Source: Hyphomicrobiales bacterium
GTDB taxonomy: Bacteria; Pseudomonadota; Alphaproteobacteria; Rhizobiales; Beijerinckiaceae
Assembly (NCBI GenBank): GCA_027489275.1
Contig: JAIYAB010000019.1
Span: 1 to 55,639, forward strand
Direction of reading: 5' to 3'
DNA: 55,639 nucleotides
Shown here: positions 10,172 to 19,540 of the stretch, piece by piece
Layout: each line of letters opens with the position of its first letter
Numbering within the stretch: the first letter of the stretch is position 1
Position numbers and translations under genes: made by a program
The notes under the pieces: generated by a model
Database searches by the model: none
Told to the model about the DNA's origin: nothing
Seen by the model: only the letters and a program-made list of their open reading frames with translations

Positions 10172-11227
10172 TCAGCGGTCGGGCTCGATCGTCTGCCGGG
10201 CTCCCAGACGCGCGGCGCGGTAGGCCGCCTCGATCATCAGGAGAGCCGCCCGCCCGTCCGCGACGCCTGCGGGAGGCTGCTCGCCGGTGCGGAGGCACTG
10301 CAGAAACCGGATCGCATTCTGATGGTGGAACTGGCCCACCTTGAACTGCGGGGTCACATCCAGGACCTCCCAGCGCTTCGATCCCGCCTCCTCGACGGAG
10401 ACGCGCAGGAAGCCGCCGGTGGTAATGTCCCGCGACGCGAGATCGACGGCGGAGAGGAGCGCGGTCGCGCGCGTCCCGTAGAGCTCGATCGACGTGTCGG
10501 CGGCAGGCAGCAGCACGGAGGCTGTGAGCTCGGCCAGCATCCCGTCCGCGTATCGGAACAGCGCGGTCCCCGTTTCGTCGACGGGCGGACCTCCCAGGGG
10601 CGAGGCCAGTTCCGCCGTGACCGTGTTGGGCAGCCCGAAGAACCAGTGCAGCAGATCGGCCCCGTGGACGCCCTCGTCCAGGAGGGCGCCGCCCCCACCC
10701 CGGACCGGGTCCATGTACCACCGGTCCCTGAAATCGGGCTCCAGCCCGTAGAAGTGCCCGTGCCGGATCCGGACGAGATGGATGCGTCCGAGGCGGCCGC
10801 TGTCGACGAGATCCTTCAACGCGAACGAGGCCGGATCCAGCCGCTTGGGAAAGCTCTGCATGAAGAGCACGCCCGACCGCGCTACGGCCAATGCGATCAG
10901 GTCGGCCTCGGCGACGGAACGGGCCGTCGGCTTCTCGCACAGGATGGCGCGCCCGGCTTCGCAGGCCGCCAGGGTGAGGGCGGGATGATGAACCGTCTCA
11001 GAGCAGATCGCGACCGCGTCGCAGCCTGCGATGGCGCGGGCAAGATCGGGCTCGAACGGGACGCCGTAGCGCCGCGAAGCCTCATCGCCGCGCGCGCGGT
11101 CGTCATCCCACACGCAGGTCACGGTCGCCCCGCCGTCCGCGAGAAAGGCTTCGGCCCAGAAGTTCGCGTGGTAGTGCGCGAAACTCAACAGCGCGATCCG
11201 CGGATGCGATGGCATGGCGATCCTCAT
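10172..11227 (-). CDS. Gfo/Idh/MocA family oxidoreductase
   Basis: AILCEKP and GGGALLDEGVHGADL motifs; ATGA overlap with the upstream gene at 11224-11227. Confidence 0.9.
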   Translation of the reverse strand: MRIAMPSHPRIALLSFAHYHANFWAEAFLADGGATVTCVWDDDRARGDEASRRYGVPFEPDLARAIAGCDAVAICSETVHHPALTLAACEAGRAILCEKPTARSVAEADLIALAVARSGVLFMQSFPKRLDPASFALKDLVDSGRLGRIHLVRIRHGHFYGLEPDFRDRWYMDPVRGGGGALLDEGVHGADLLHWFFGLPNTVTAELASPLGGPPVDETGTALFRYADGMLAELTASVLLPAADTSIELYGTRATALLSAVDLASRDITTGGFLRVSVEEAGSKRWEVLDVTPQFKVGQFHHQNAIRFLQCLRTGEQPPAGVADGRAALLMIEAAYRAARLGARQTIEPDR

Positions 11228-12240
11228 GGCTTCTCGACGATCACGCGCGCGCCGCCGGCGGCGGCCGACCGGGCGACGGCCTCCGCCACAAGCAGACTGC
11301 GAAGGCCAGCCAGCCCCGTCCGCGGCGACCGAATGTGGCCGAGCAGCGAGTCGATCCACTCGCGGTGTTGCCGATGGCCCGGCGAAGCCGACGGAAGATC
11401 CGGCACGATCCAGTCCCCGCCATCCGTGGCGCACGCCAGCAGGCCGCGTTCCGTGCGAAGCCAGAGGGTGCCGCCGGTGCCGTAGATCTCCATGCGGAAG
11501 CGGTCGGTGCCCGCCCTCTCGATCATCGACATCTCGTGGTGGACGAGCGGACCGCCGTCGATCTCGTAGACGGCAAAGGCAGTGTCGGCATTCTCCACAG
11601 CGACGACTCTCCCGTCCCTCAGCGTCCGCTGCGGCAACACGGTGGCGGTGCGTGCCGATACGGCGGCAACGGGACCGAACAGGTCCTCCACGAGGTCGAT
11701 GCCGTGGATGCCGAGTTGCAGGACCACACCCCCGCCGACGCGGTCCTTGCGGAAGAACCAGTCGCCCCAATCGGGACCGGGCGTGGCGTTCCGTTGCCGG
11801 ACCGTGGCGACAGCGCCCGCAGCGCCGCCGAGCAGCATCGCGCGGGCGGCGACCACCTCCTCGAAATGCCGGTGCATGTAGCTGACCTGCAGGTCGCACC
11901 CCGTGCGCTCGGCGGCGGCGAGGATCCGGCGGCAGGCCTTCGAGTCCGTCGCCATCGGCTTCTGCAGGAGGACCGCGCGTCCGGCCGTCAGCGCTTCGAT
12001 GGCAAGGGTCTCGTGGCTGTCGTCCGGCGTCGTGATCAAAACCGCGTCGACGTCCGGCCGCCGGATCGCAGCGGCGACATCGCCGGTGGCATCAGGGACG
12101 CCGAAACGGCGGGCGAGGTCCTCCGCGCGCTGCGGCGTCCGGCTGGCGATTACCCGAACGGCGGCCTCGGGGATGCCCTGCAGCCCCCCGAGGTGATAGT
12201 CGGCGATGAAACCCGCCCCGATGAGGGCAATGCCAATCAT
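11224..12240 (-). CDS. Gfo/Idh/MocA family oxidoreductase
   Basis: IGAGFIA Rossmann motif, VLLQKPMA, GGGVVLQLGIHGIDL. Confidence 0.92.
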   Translation of the reverse strand: MIGIALIGAGFIADYHLGGLQGIPEAAVRVIASRTPQRAEDLARRFGVPDATGDVAAAIRRPDVDAVLITTPDDSHETLAIEALTAGRAVLLQKPMATDSKACRRILAAAERTGCDLQVSYMHRHFEEVVAARAMLLGGAAGAVATVRQRNATPGPDWGDWFFRKDRVGGGVVLQLGIHGIDLVEDLFGPVAAVSARTATVLPQRTLRDGRVVAVENADTAFAVYEIDGGPLVHHEMSMIERAGTDRFRMEIYGTGGTLWLRTERGLLACATDGGDWIVPDLPSASPGHRQHREWIDSLLGHIRSPRTGLAGLRSLLVAEAVARSAAAGGARVIVEKP

Positions 12241-12253
12241 GGGCGCGTCAGCC

Positions 12254-13285
12254 TCACAGCTTCATTCCGCCCTGCACCTTGACGAGCGACGGATCGGCGG
12301 CTCCGACGGCGCCGGTGAAGGTGTATTCCATCGGATTCTGAACGGTCTTCATGCGCCCGGACGCGACCAGGAACTCCGACATCGAGCGCATGTCGGCGAC
12401 ATAGGCGTCGTCGATGGCGGGATTGAAATCGTACTGGCTCCAGATGGCCTCGACGAGCGCGGGCTCCTGCTTCGTCTCCGTCGCGACGAGAGCGATGACC
12501 TCCGCGCGGTTGGCGGGGTCGGCCGCGTAGCGCTGGCCGCGGACCAGCGCGGCCATCAACGCGCGCGTCGCCTTCGGGTTCTTGCGAACGAAGTCCTGGC
12601 TGGCGACGAAGATCGAGCGCGTGGCCGACACCCGGGCCGGCTGCCCCTTGTTGGCTTCGAAGTGGCTCGTCGTGCCCGTGTGGATCAGTTCGCCGCCGGC
12701 CTTGACGGCATTGAATCCCCAAGGCTGCCAGCAAATCATCGCCTGGACGTTTCCGGAGTTGAGGCCCGCGAGCTGCTCGGGAGGAGGCAGATTGACCGCC
12801 TGGAGCTTCTTCTCGTCCAGATTGTAGCGCCGGGCGATGTTGAACAGCATCGCACTCGCGGTCGAGCCGGCCAGAAGGCCGATCTTGATGCCGTAGAGGT
12901 CCTCGGGCTTGCGGATGTTGGCGTCCTTGCGCGCCACAAGATGGTCGGCCGCCGCGGCGATGGCATTGCTGCCGAGGACGACGACGGGGATACCGTTCTG
13001 CACCATGGAGATCGGGGGAAGGTTGCCCGGCGTCCAGAGGTGGATCTGGTCGGCGATGAGCGCCTCGCCCGCGAGCGCTCCGCTGGTGAAGGACTTGGTG
13101 TTGACGTCGGTGAAGCCGGCGTCCCGCAGCCAGCCCTTGCGCATTGCGAGGATGTGAGGCGCGAAGACCGGGTCCAGCCCGAAGCCCAGCTCGAGCCTGG
13201 TGATCTCCGGCTTCTCCTGCGCCCGGGCGAAGGATGGCGCCATCGCTGCCGCCGCGGCTGTCGTGATGAAGAGTCGCCTGTCCAT
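12254..13285 (-). CDS. ABC transporter substrate-binding protein, SsuA/TauA/THI5-like, Tat-type signal
   Basis: MDRRLFITTAAAAAMAPSFARA signal, GGAGG RBS, DLYGIKIG..GST and WQPW motifs of the SsuA/NMT1 family. Confidence 0.88.
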   Translation of the reverse strand: MDRRLFITTAAAAAMAPSFARAQEKPEITRLELGFGLDPVFAPHILAMRKGWLRDAGFTDVNTKSFTSGALAGEALIADQIHLWTPGNLPPISMVQNGIPVVVLGSNAIAAAADHLVARKDANIRKPEDLYGIKIGLLAGSTASAMLFNIARRYNLDEKKLQAVNLPPPEQLAGLNSGNVQAMICWQPWGFNAVKAGGELIHTGTTSHFEANKGQPARVSATRSIFVASQDFVRKNPKATRALMAALVRGQRYAADPANRAEVIALVATETKQEPALVEAIWSQYDFNPAIDDAYVADMRSMSEFLVASGRMKTVQNPMEYTFTGAVGAADPSLVKVQGGMKL

Positions 13286-13302
13286 GTCATGTCCTCCCTG
13301 GT

Positions 13303-14061
13303 TCATACCCTGGCCCAACGGCCGACCGTGCGCCGGATGGCGGCGCCGAGCTGGTGGTCGGCAAGCATGCTCACGACGCCGATGAGCAGGATGCCGAAGA
13401 TGGAGACACCCAGATGGCCGAGCTGCCGGGCCTCCATGATCAGGTGGCCCATGCCGCGCTCGGCCGCGATAAGCTCAGCCGCGACCAGAATGCCGAAGCT
13501 GAGCCCGAAGCCGACCCTCAGCCCGGTGGCCATGTCGGGCATGGCGGCCGGAACGGCGACGCGCCAGAGAAGGCGAAGGCCGTCGACGTCCATCGTTCTG
13601 GCCGCGCGGAAGAGCACCGGCGAGACCATGGTGATCCCCCGATAGGCGTTGGTGAAGATGGGGAAAAACGCGCCGAGCGCGATCACGAAGATCTTCGAGG
13701 GCTCGCCGAGGCCGAACCAGACGATGGCGATCGGAATCCAGGCGAGCGGCGGGATCGGACGCAACAACTCGACCAGCGGACGCAGGGCCAGCGAAAGGCC
13801 GCGAAACCAGCCGCAGGCAAGGCCCAGCGCCATGCCGAGGACGGCGGCGATCGAGAAGCCGGCCAGGATGCGGAAGAGGCTGATGCCGACATGGCCCAGC
13901 AAGACGTCCCAGGTGAGGACCGTCCATGCCTCGGCGAGCGCCTGCGTCGGTGCGGGCAGCACGCCAGGATCCCGCCACACGAGGCGGGCGGCCAGTTCCC
14001 AGATCAGCACGAAGGCGACAACGCCGATCGTGCCTGCGTGGCGGTCCACGGCCCCGGTCAT
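13303..14061 (-). CDS. ABC permease (SsuC/TauC-like)
   Basis: LRPIPPLAWIPIAIVWFGLGE, EAA-like loop RAARTMD, LVAAELIA; ATGA overlap. Confidence 0.92.
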   Translation of the reverse strand: MTGAVDRHAGTIGVVAFVLIWELAARLVWRDPGVLPAPTQALAEAWTVLTWDVLLGHVGISLFRILAGFSIAAVLGMALGLACGWFRGLSLALRPLVELLRPIPPLAWIPIAIVWFGLGEPSKIFVIALGAFFPIFTNAYRGITMVSPVLFRAARTMDVDGLRLLWRVAVPAAMPDMATGLRVGFGLSFGILVAAELIAAERGMGHLIMEARQLGHLGVSIFGILLIGVVSMLADHQLGAAIRRTVGRWARV

Positions 14062-14861
14062 GGTCCTGCTCCGGAGTGGGCCGGCATCCACGGCATCAGG
14101 CGGCGCTCGAGCTGCGAGAGAGACAGCGAGATGGCGAGGCCGAGGAGGCCGATCGTGACCATGCCGACCATGGTGACGTCGGTCCGGTAGAACGTCCGGG
14201 CCTCCATGATCAACGCTCCGAGCCCCATGGTCGTGCCGATCATCTCGGCCCCCACGATGACCATGAAGCCGACGCCGAGGGCGATCCGCGCCCCCGCGGC
14301 GATGCGCGGCAGGGCCGCGGGCAGGACGACGTGCGTGAAGGTGCGCAGGGGCTTCGTGTCCATCGTCCGGGCCGCGCGCAGCAGCACGGGATCGACGAGG
14401 CGCATCGCGGCGATGACGTTGGAGAGCATCACCCAGAAGCAGCCGTAGCCGATCAGGAAGATCTTCGACGCCTCGCCGATGCCGAACCAGACGAGAGCGA
14501 GTGGCAGGAGGCTCAACGTCGCGACGGACCGGCAAAAGCCGACGATGGGCGCCATCATGCGGTCGAGGAACGGGGACGCGCCGATGACCAGCCCGAGCGG
14601 AATCGCGAGCGCCACCGCCGCGGCGAATCCGCCGAAGATGCGGGCGATCGTGATCAGGAGGTGGTCGAGCAGCGTCTTGCCCAGGGGCACGCCGTCGCGG
14701 GCGAGTTCGACCGCGCTGGCAAACAGCTTCGTCGGAGGCGGGAACAGGAGGCGGCGCAGCCAGCCCTGGGCGACGGCCCATTCCCAGCTCCCCAGCAGCA
14801 CGACGAAGACCAGCGTCGGCACCAGGAGCGGGAGCCAGTGATGGAGCCTTCGACCCATCAT
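14058..14861 (-). CDS. ABC permease (SsuC/TauC-like)
   Basis: LLPLALVWFGIGE, RAARTMD, VIVGAEMI; overlaps the ATPase stop. Confidence 0.92.
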   Translation of the reverse strand: MMGRRLHHWLPLLVPTLVFVVLLGSWEWAVAQGWLRRLLFPPPTKLFASAVELARDGVPLGKTLLDHLLITIARIFGGFAAAVALAIPLGLVIGASPFLDRMMAPIVGFCRSVATLSLLPLALVWFGIGEASKIFLIGYGCFWVMLSNVIAAMRLVDPVLLRAARTMDTKPLRTFTHVVLPAALPRIAAGARIALGVGFMVIVGAEMIGTTMGLGALIMEARTFYRTDVTMVGMVTIGLLGLAISLSLSQLERRLMPWMPAHSGAGP

Positions 14862-15661
14862 CGCTCCCGAAGCGCTTCCCAGATGGCCTCGTGCAGGGCC
14901 ACCAGCGGGAGGGACGACCGGGATCGGGGGCGGAGCGCGGAAATCTCCTGTTCGAGAACGATGCGGCCGGGGCGCGACGCCAGGACGACGACGCGGTCTG
15001 CCAGCATAAGTGCTTCCCATATCGAGTGCGTGACGAAGAGCACGGTCTTTTGCCGCGCCTGCCACACGCGCAGCAACTCGTCCTGCATCTCGTTGCGCGT
15101 AATCTCGTCGAGCGCGCCGAACGGTTCGTCCATCAGCAGGATCGCAGGATCGAGCGCCAGGGCGCGGGCGATGGCGACGCGCTGCTGCATCCCGCCCGAC
15201 AACTCAGCCGGATACTTTGCATCGACGCCTTCCAACCCGACGAGCCGCAGCAAGTCGGACGCGAGCAGCGTCGCCTCCCCGCGACCGAGCCCCCGGTTCT
15301 CGGCGGCGAACATGACGTTCGCCCGGGCCGTGAGCCACGGGAAAAGCGCGTTCTGCTGGAAGACCATGCCCTTCCCGCCGCCGGGTCCGGTGACGGGCCG
15401 GCCTGCCACGAGGACCTGCCCCGATGTCGGCGCCTCGAGCCCGGCCACGATGTTCAGCAGGGTCGTCTTGCCGCACCCGCTGCGACCCAGCAGCACGACG
15501 AACTCGTTGTCCCGGATGGAAAGGTCGATCGATCCCAGCACAGGCGCGGTCCCGACGGGATCGGTCGCGAACGTCTTGCCCACGCCCTGGATGTCGATCG
15601 CGGGCACCCCCGGCCGGGCATCCGCAACGAAGGCCTGACCTTGGGAAGGGACGTCACGCAT
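14858..15661 (-). CDS. ABC ATP-binding protein (SsuB/TauB-like)
   Basis: Walker A GRSGCGKT, LSGGMQQR, LLMDEPFGALD, VTHS. Start position approximate. Confidence 0.93.
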   Translation of the reverse strand: MRDVPSQGQAFVADARPGVPAIDIQGVGKTFATDPVGTAPVLGSIDLSIRDNEFVVLLGRSGCGKTTLLNIVAGLEAPTSGQVLVAGRPVTGPGGGKGMVFQQNALFPWLTARANVMFAAENRGLGRGEATLLASDLLRLVGLEGVDAKYPAELSGGMQQRVAIARALALDPAILLMDEPFGALDEITRNEMQDELLRVWQARQKTVLFVTHSIWEALMLADRVVVLASRPGRIVLEQEISALRPRSRSSLPLVALHEAIWEALRER

Positions 15662-15795
15662 GGGAGCCAGCTCAGGCGGTCCTCGATCCTGTAGGCATTC
15701 GTGCACACGAAGCCTCATTTGTAAAGAAGCTGGACGAATAGACGGAACAATCGCGGGATTGACCCGAGATCGCCCCCCTCAGAGCGCCCCATGGG

Positions 15796-15842
15796 TTGAC
15801 AGCCCAAGGGTTTACTCTTCAGTTAGTTCGCAGCCCGAACTA
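15796..15842 (+). promoter_or_regulatory. Putative sigma70 -35 (TTGACA) and ROK-type operator TAGTTCG-N5-CGAACTA in front of the ROK gene
   Basis: TTGACA at 15796-15801. Perfect 7-bp inverted repeat at 15824-15842 resembles XylR-type TTAGTT..AACTAA operators. Confidence 0.6.
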
Positions 15843-15859
15843 TCTTCGCAGGCAGAGCC

Positions 15860-17014
15860 ATGAACGAGGCCCCTTCCCCGTCCATTGTCCGCCAGGCATC
15901 CCTTCGCGCCGTCTTCGACACGATGCTCGCGAGGGGACCCGTTTCCCGCGCGGAACTCTCGCGGTTGACCGGCCTGTCGAAGCAGACCGCGTCGGAGGTC
16001 GTCCGGCAGCTGGAAGGCGCGGGTCTCATCAGGCTGCTCGGGCGAACGCAGGGACCCGTCGGCCGCAGCGCCGCCACCTACGCGCTGCAGCCGAACGGCG
16101 CCTTCGTCCTCGGCGTCGACCTCGGCGGCACGAAGGTCCAGGTCGCCCTGGCGGACCTTGTCGGCAGGATCGTCGGCGATGCGACGCAGGAAACGGACCG
16201 CCGCGGCGCGCGGCACGTCATCGTCCAGATCCGGGACATGATGCTGGACGTCGCCGGGCGCGCCGGCGTCGATCCGGGCTCAGTGCGGCATGGCGCCATC
16301 GGAAGCCCGGGCGTCTTCCGTCCGGATACCGGGCGGATCGAATTGGCGCCGAACATCGAGGGGCTGGACGCGTTCGACGTGGCGCAGGCTCTGGAGGACA
16401 CGCTCGGCTTCCCTGTCGTGATCGAGAACGACGTGAACATGGCTGCGCTCGGCGAATGGCGCCACGGATGCGGACAGGGCGTCGCGGATCTCGTCTTCAT
16501 GGCCCTGGGCACCGGCATCGGGATGGGGATCATCGCCGGCGGACGGCTGCTGCACGGGGCGCGGGGCGCGGCAGGAGAAATCGCCTACCTGCCGTTCGGG
16601 GGCGATCCCTTCGACGCCCGCGGCCACCGCTTCGGCACGCTTGAGGCGGCGGTCGGCGGGTCAGCCATCCTCGACCGCTATCGCGCCGGCGGTGGCGCGC
16701 CCGACGCGGACGTGCGCGCGATCTTCGACCGCGCCGGGGGGCGCGACCCCGTCGCCTCGGCGACGATCGAGGAAATCGCCCGGCTCCTCGTGCAGGCGAT
16801 CGCCGCGACGCAGGCGATCCTCGACCCGTCGCTGGTGGTGCTGGGCGGCAGCATCGGAGCCAGAGCCGAACTCCGCGCCCGTGTGCTCGACCTCGCGACG
16901 CGCGCGATGCGCGCCCCGCCGGTCCTGAAGACGAGCGTGCTGCGCGGGCAAGCTGCGCTCTTCGGCGCAGTCAGCGTTAGCGTCCAGTCACTCCACAGCA
17001 GGCTGTTCGGATAG
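15860..17014 (+). CDS. ROK family transcriptional regulator (NagC/XylR-like)
   Basis: N-terminal HTH SRAELSRLTGLSKQT, GVDLGGTK, ENDVNMAALGE, GTGIGMG, GAAGEIAY. Confidence 0.93.
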   Translation: MNEAPSPSIVRQASLRAVFDTMLARGPVSRAELSRLTGLSKQTASEVVRQLEGAGLIRLLGRTQGPVGRSAATYALQPNGAFVLGVDLGGTKVQVALADLVGRIVGDATQETDRRGARHVIVQIRDMMLDVAGRAGVDPGSVRHGAIGSPGVFRPDTGRIELAPNIEGLDAFDVAQALEDTLGFPVVIENDVNMAALGEWRHGCGQGVADLVFMALGTGIGMGIIAGGRLLHGARGAAGEIAYLPFGGDPFDARGHRFGTLEAAVGGSAILDRYRAGGGAPDADVRAIFDRAGGRDPVASATIEEIARLLVQAIAATQAILDPSLVVLGGSIGARAELRARVLDLATRAMRAPPVLKTSVLRGQAALFGAVSVSVQSLHSRLFG

Positions 17015-17023
17015 AGCCGGGCG

Positions 17024-17935
17024 TCAGCAGGGGTTCCGGCCGACCGTTGCTGACGCGGTGGAGTGACGCAGAAGTTCGATCAGCCTGGCAATGATCGGGA
17101 TGGGACGGCTCGAGGACCGCAGCGTAACCCCCGTCTTGAACTGCCAGATCGGCTCTTTGGGCACGCGCACGATGAGGCCGGCCTCCTCGATCACCGGCTG
17201 AAGCTGCGCGGGCGCGACCATGAGATAGTCCGAGCCCGCGACCATACGCAGGCCGGTTGCGAAGGACGAGGTCGAGACGGCGACGCGAAAGCCGAGACGG
17301 TCGCCGCCCATGAACCTGGCGAGCCGCGTCAGCGCCCTGTCGTCTTGCTGGAAGACCACCCACGTCCAGCCGGCAAGTCCCGGGCCGGACAATTCGTGGC
17401 GGGCAAGCGGGTGCGACGGGCGCATCACGATCCCGATCTCGGCCGTCAGGAGCTCGATCCTGTCCATTCCGTAGAGATCGAGGTCCGGCTCGATCTCGCC
17501 GCACACGACATCGACGTCGCCGCGCTGGAGCATGGGCATCACCGTGCGGTTGATATCGGCGATGACATCGAGCCGCGTGCCGGGAAACTCCCGAACGAGC
17601 ACCTGCAGCGCGATCGGGATGTGAAGCATGTGGTAGAGAGGTCCAGCCCCTATGCGCAGGACGGGAAGCCCGCCCCTTCGCATCGCGGTGATTTCCTCCA
17701 GGGCGAACTTGTACTCCGCCTCGATGCGCCGGGCATGACCCAGGAAGCTCTCCCCGAAGGCAGTGAGTTCCATCCCACGGGTCCGCCGCTCGAACAGTTT
17801 CGCGCCGAGTTCGTGTTCGAGGCGCTGGAGAAACTTCGTCAGCGAGGGCTGTGCGAGCCCGATCCGTCCGGCTGCGCCGGTGAGCGTGCCCTCTTCCACG
17901 ATCGCGAGGAAGGCCCGGATCTTGCGGTCTACCAT
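17024..17935 (-). CDS. LysR family transcriptional regulator
   Basis: FLAIVEEGTLTGAAGRIGLAQPSLTKFLQRLE..LFERRTRGMELT HTH; divergent from the ABC operon. Confidence 0.94.
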   Translation of the reverse strand: MVDRKIRAFLAIVEEGTLTGAAGRIGLAQPSLTKFLQRLEHELGAKLFERRTRGMELTAFGESFLGHARRIEAEYKFALEEITAMRRGGLPVLRIGAGPLYHMLHIPIALQVLVREFPGTRLDVIADINRTVMPMLQRGDVDVVCGEIEPDLDLYGMDRIELLTAEIGIVMRPSHPLARHELSGPGLAGWTWVVFQQDDRALTRLARFMGGDRLGFRVAVSTSSFATGLRMVAGSDYLMVAPAQLQPVIEEAGLIVRVPKEPIWQFKTGVTLRSSSRPIPIIARLIELLRHSTASATVGRNPC

Positions 17936-17936
17936 C

Positions 17937-17953
17937 GATAGCTCCCGGGAATG
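17937..17953. promoter_or_regulatory. LysR box GATAGC-N5-GGAATG abutting the lysR start
   Basis: T-N11-A dyad at the typical autoregulatory position; related to four other sites in the island. Confidence 0.6.
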
Positions 17954-18105
17954 GCAGACAGCCCTGAATTTCATTTTTCGGGCATATCGATACCACATAA
18001 CATTAAGCAACACGCACAGAGTGCCGCACCGTTTACGGCGCGACGCGGGTCGTTGCCGCGCGTGTCGATAAGCCGCCAAACAAGAGCACCATCGGGAGGG
18101 ACATC

Positions 18106-19464
18106 ATGCACGACAGGCTTCACGGTCTCCTGAAAGCAGCGACGCTGAGCATCGCCTTGGCAGGGGCGGCGCTCGCACCGGCATCGGCGCAGTCCGTCGA
18201 CGTGGGCAAGCACACGCCGATCACCATCCTCATCAATGCGTCGCCCTGGTACGCGGGCTTCGAGGCGGCAGTCGATCTGTACAGCAAGCAGACCGGAAAC
18301 AAGGTCAACCTCGACGTCACGCCCTATGGCGGCATGCTCGAGAAGGCGCGCAACGCCGTGCGGGGCGCATCGAGCCCCTACGACCTCCTGAACCTCGACG
18401 GCGGCTGGACGATCGAGTTCTACGAGGGCGGCTTCCTGAAGCCCATCAACGACGTGGACCCGTCGTTCACGCTGCCGAAGGAAATGCTGACCTGCGGCAA
18501 CACCCATTGGTGGAATGCCCAGAAGCGCTGGCGCACGCCGGACGGTGGCAAGCTGATGGGCGTTCCGCCGAACTGCAACGTCCACATCGTGGCCTACCGC
18601 AAGGATCTCTACGACAAGGCGGGCCTGGGTGCTCCCAAGACGTATGACGACGTCGCGTCCGCCTGCCAGAAGTTGCAGTCGCCCCCCGGCCTGTACGGCT
18701 TCGTCATCCGCGGGGAGCGTGGCAATCCGATTCGCTACGACTTCAGCACCTTCATGGTCGGCCATGGCGGTGAATTCGTCGCCAATCCGCAGGAGGGCGA
18801 CTACACCGTCACGGTCAACAGCCCGAAGGTCCTTGCCGCGCTCAACCAGTTCATCGCGCTGGCGAAAGGTTGCGGCCCGGCGAATTTCGGCGCCATCGGA
18901 CAGGCAGACCTCATCCAACTCATGGCCAGCGGAAAGGCCGCCTCCGTACAGGTCGTCATCGCAGCCTGGTCGAACTTCGAGGACAAGACGAAGTCGGCCG
19001 TCGCAGGCAAGGTGGCGGCTGCTGCCGTACCGGCCGCTGTGCCGGGGCAGAAGCCGGGAGTCGTGATCGGCAACTGGTCGTTCGCGCTCCCGAACAACGC
19101 GACCGCCGAGCGGCACAAGGCGGCCCTGGCCTTCCTGAAATGGTTCAGCACCGCCGAAGCGCAGCGGGCCTACGCTGAAGCAGGCGGCATTCCGGTGCGC
19201 TCCGATACACTGAAGTCGGATCTCGCCTCCAAGCCCCAGTTCGCCTGGATGCCGGCCTACCTGGCGAGCGTCGAGGCGTCCGTCGCGTCGCTCGGCTACG
19301 CCGAGGCGGCTGCCGTGGAGCAAGCGATCGGCCTGAGGCTGAACCAGGCGCTGATCGGGGAAATGTCGCCGGCCAAGGCGCTCAACACTGCCGCCGCCGA
19401 GGTCGAAACCATCTTCTCCCGCTCGGGTCGAAAGACCGGCAAGCTTCCGCCCTTGCCCGAGTGA
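18106..19464 (+). CDS. CUT1 (sugar) ABC substrate-binding protein
   Basis: GGAGG RBS, Sec-type signal, YRKDLYDKAGL..PKTYDD family-1 SBP motif. Confidence 0.92.
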   Translation: MHDRLHGLLKAATLSIALAGAALAPASAQSVDVGKHTPITILINASPWYAGFEAAVDLYSKQTGNKVNLDVTPYGGMLEKARNAVRGASSPYDLLNLDGGWTIEFYEGGFLKPINDVDPSFTLPKEMLTCGNTHWWNAQKRWRTPDGGKLMGVPPNCNVHIVAYRKDLYDKAGLGAPKTYDDVASACQKLQSPPGLYGFVIRGERGNPIRYDFSTFMVGHGGEFVANPQEGDYTVTVNSPKVLAALNQFIALAKGCGPANFGAIGQADLIQLMASGKAASVQVVIAAWSNFEDKTKSAVAGKVAAAAVPAAVPGQKPGVVIGNWSFALPNNATAERHKAALAFLKWFSTAEAQRAYAEAGGIPVRSDTLKSDLASKPQFAWMPAYLASVEASVASLGYAEAAAVEQAIGLRLNQALIGEMSPAKALNTAAAEVETIFSRSGRKTGKLPPLPE

Positions 19465-19485
19465 CGGGATCCTCCCGAACTGACC

Positions 19486-19519
19486 TGGAGCCGCCTCGCC
19501 TGGCCGCGGCGCGGCTCCA
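19486..19519 (+). other. Intercistronic stem-loop after the SBP gene (probable mRNA stabiliser)
   Basis: TGGAGCCGC...GCGGCTCCA 9-bp inverted repeat, no U-tract. Confidence 0.5.
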
Positions 19520-19540
19520 TCGCTCATGGGACCCCCGCCG

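Noticed and set aside
10172-11899. Apparent N-terminal extensions or fusions in the ORF track (10172-11899, 13303-14781, 20555-22327, 27761-29371, 28918-30483, 35648-36655, 54057-54734)
   Set aside because: Extensions overlap upstream genes; true starts are marked by ATGA overlaps or SD sequences.
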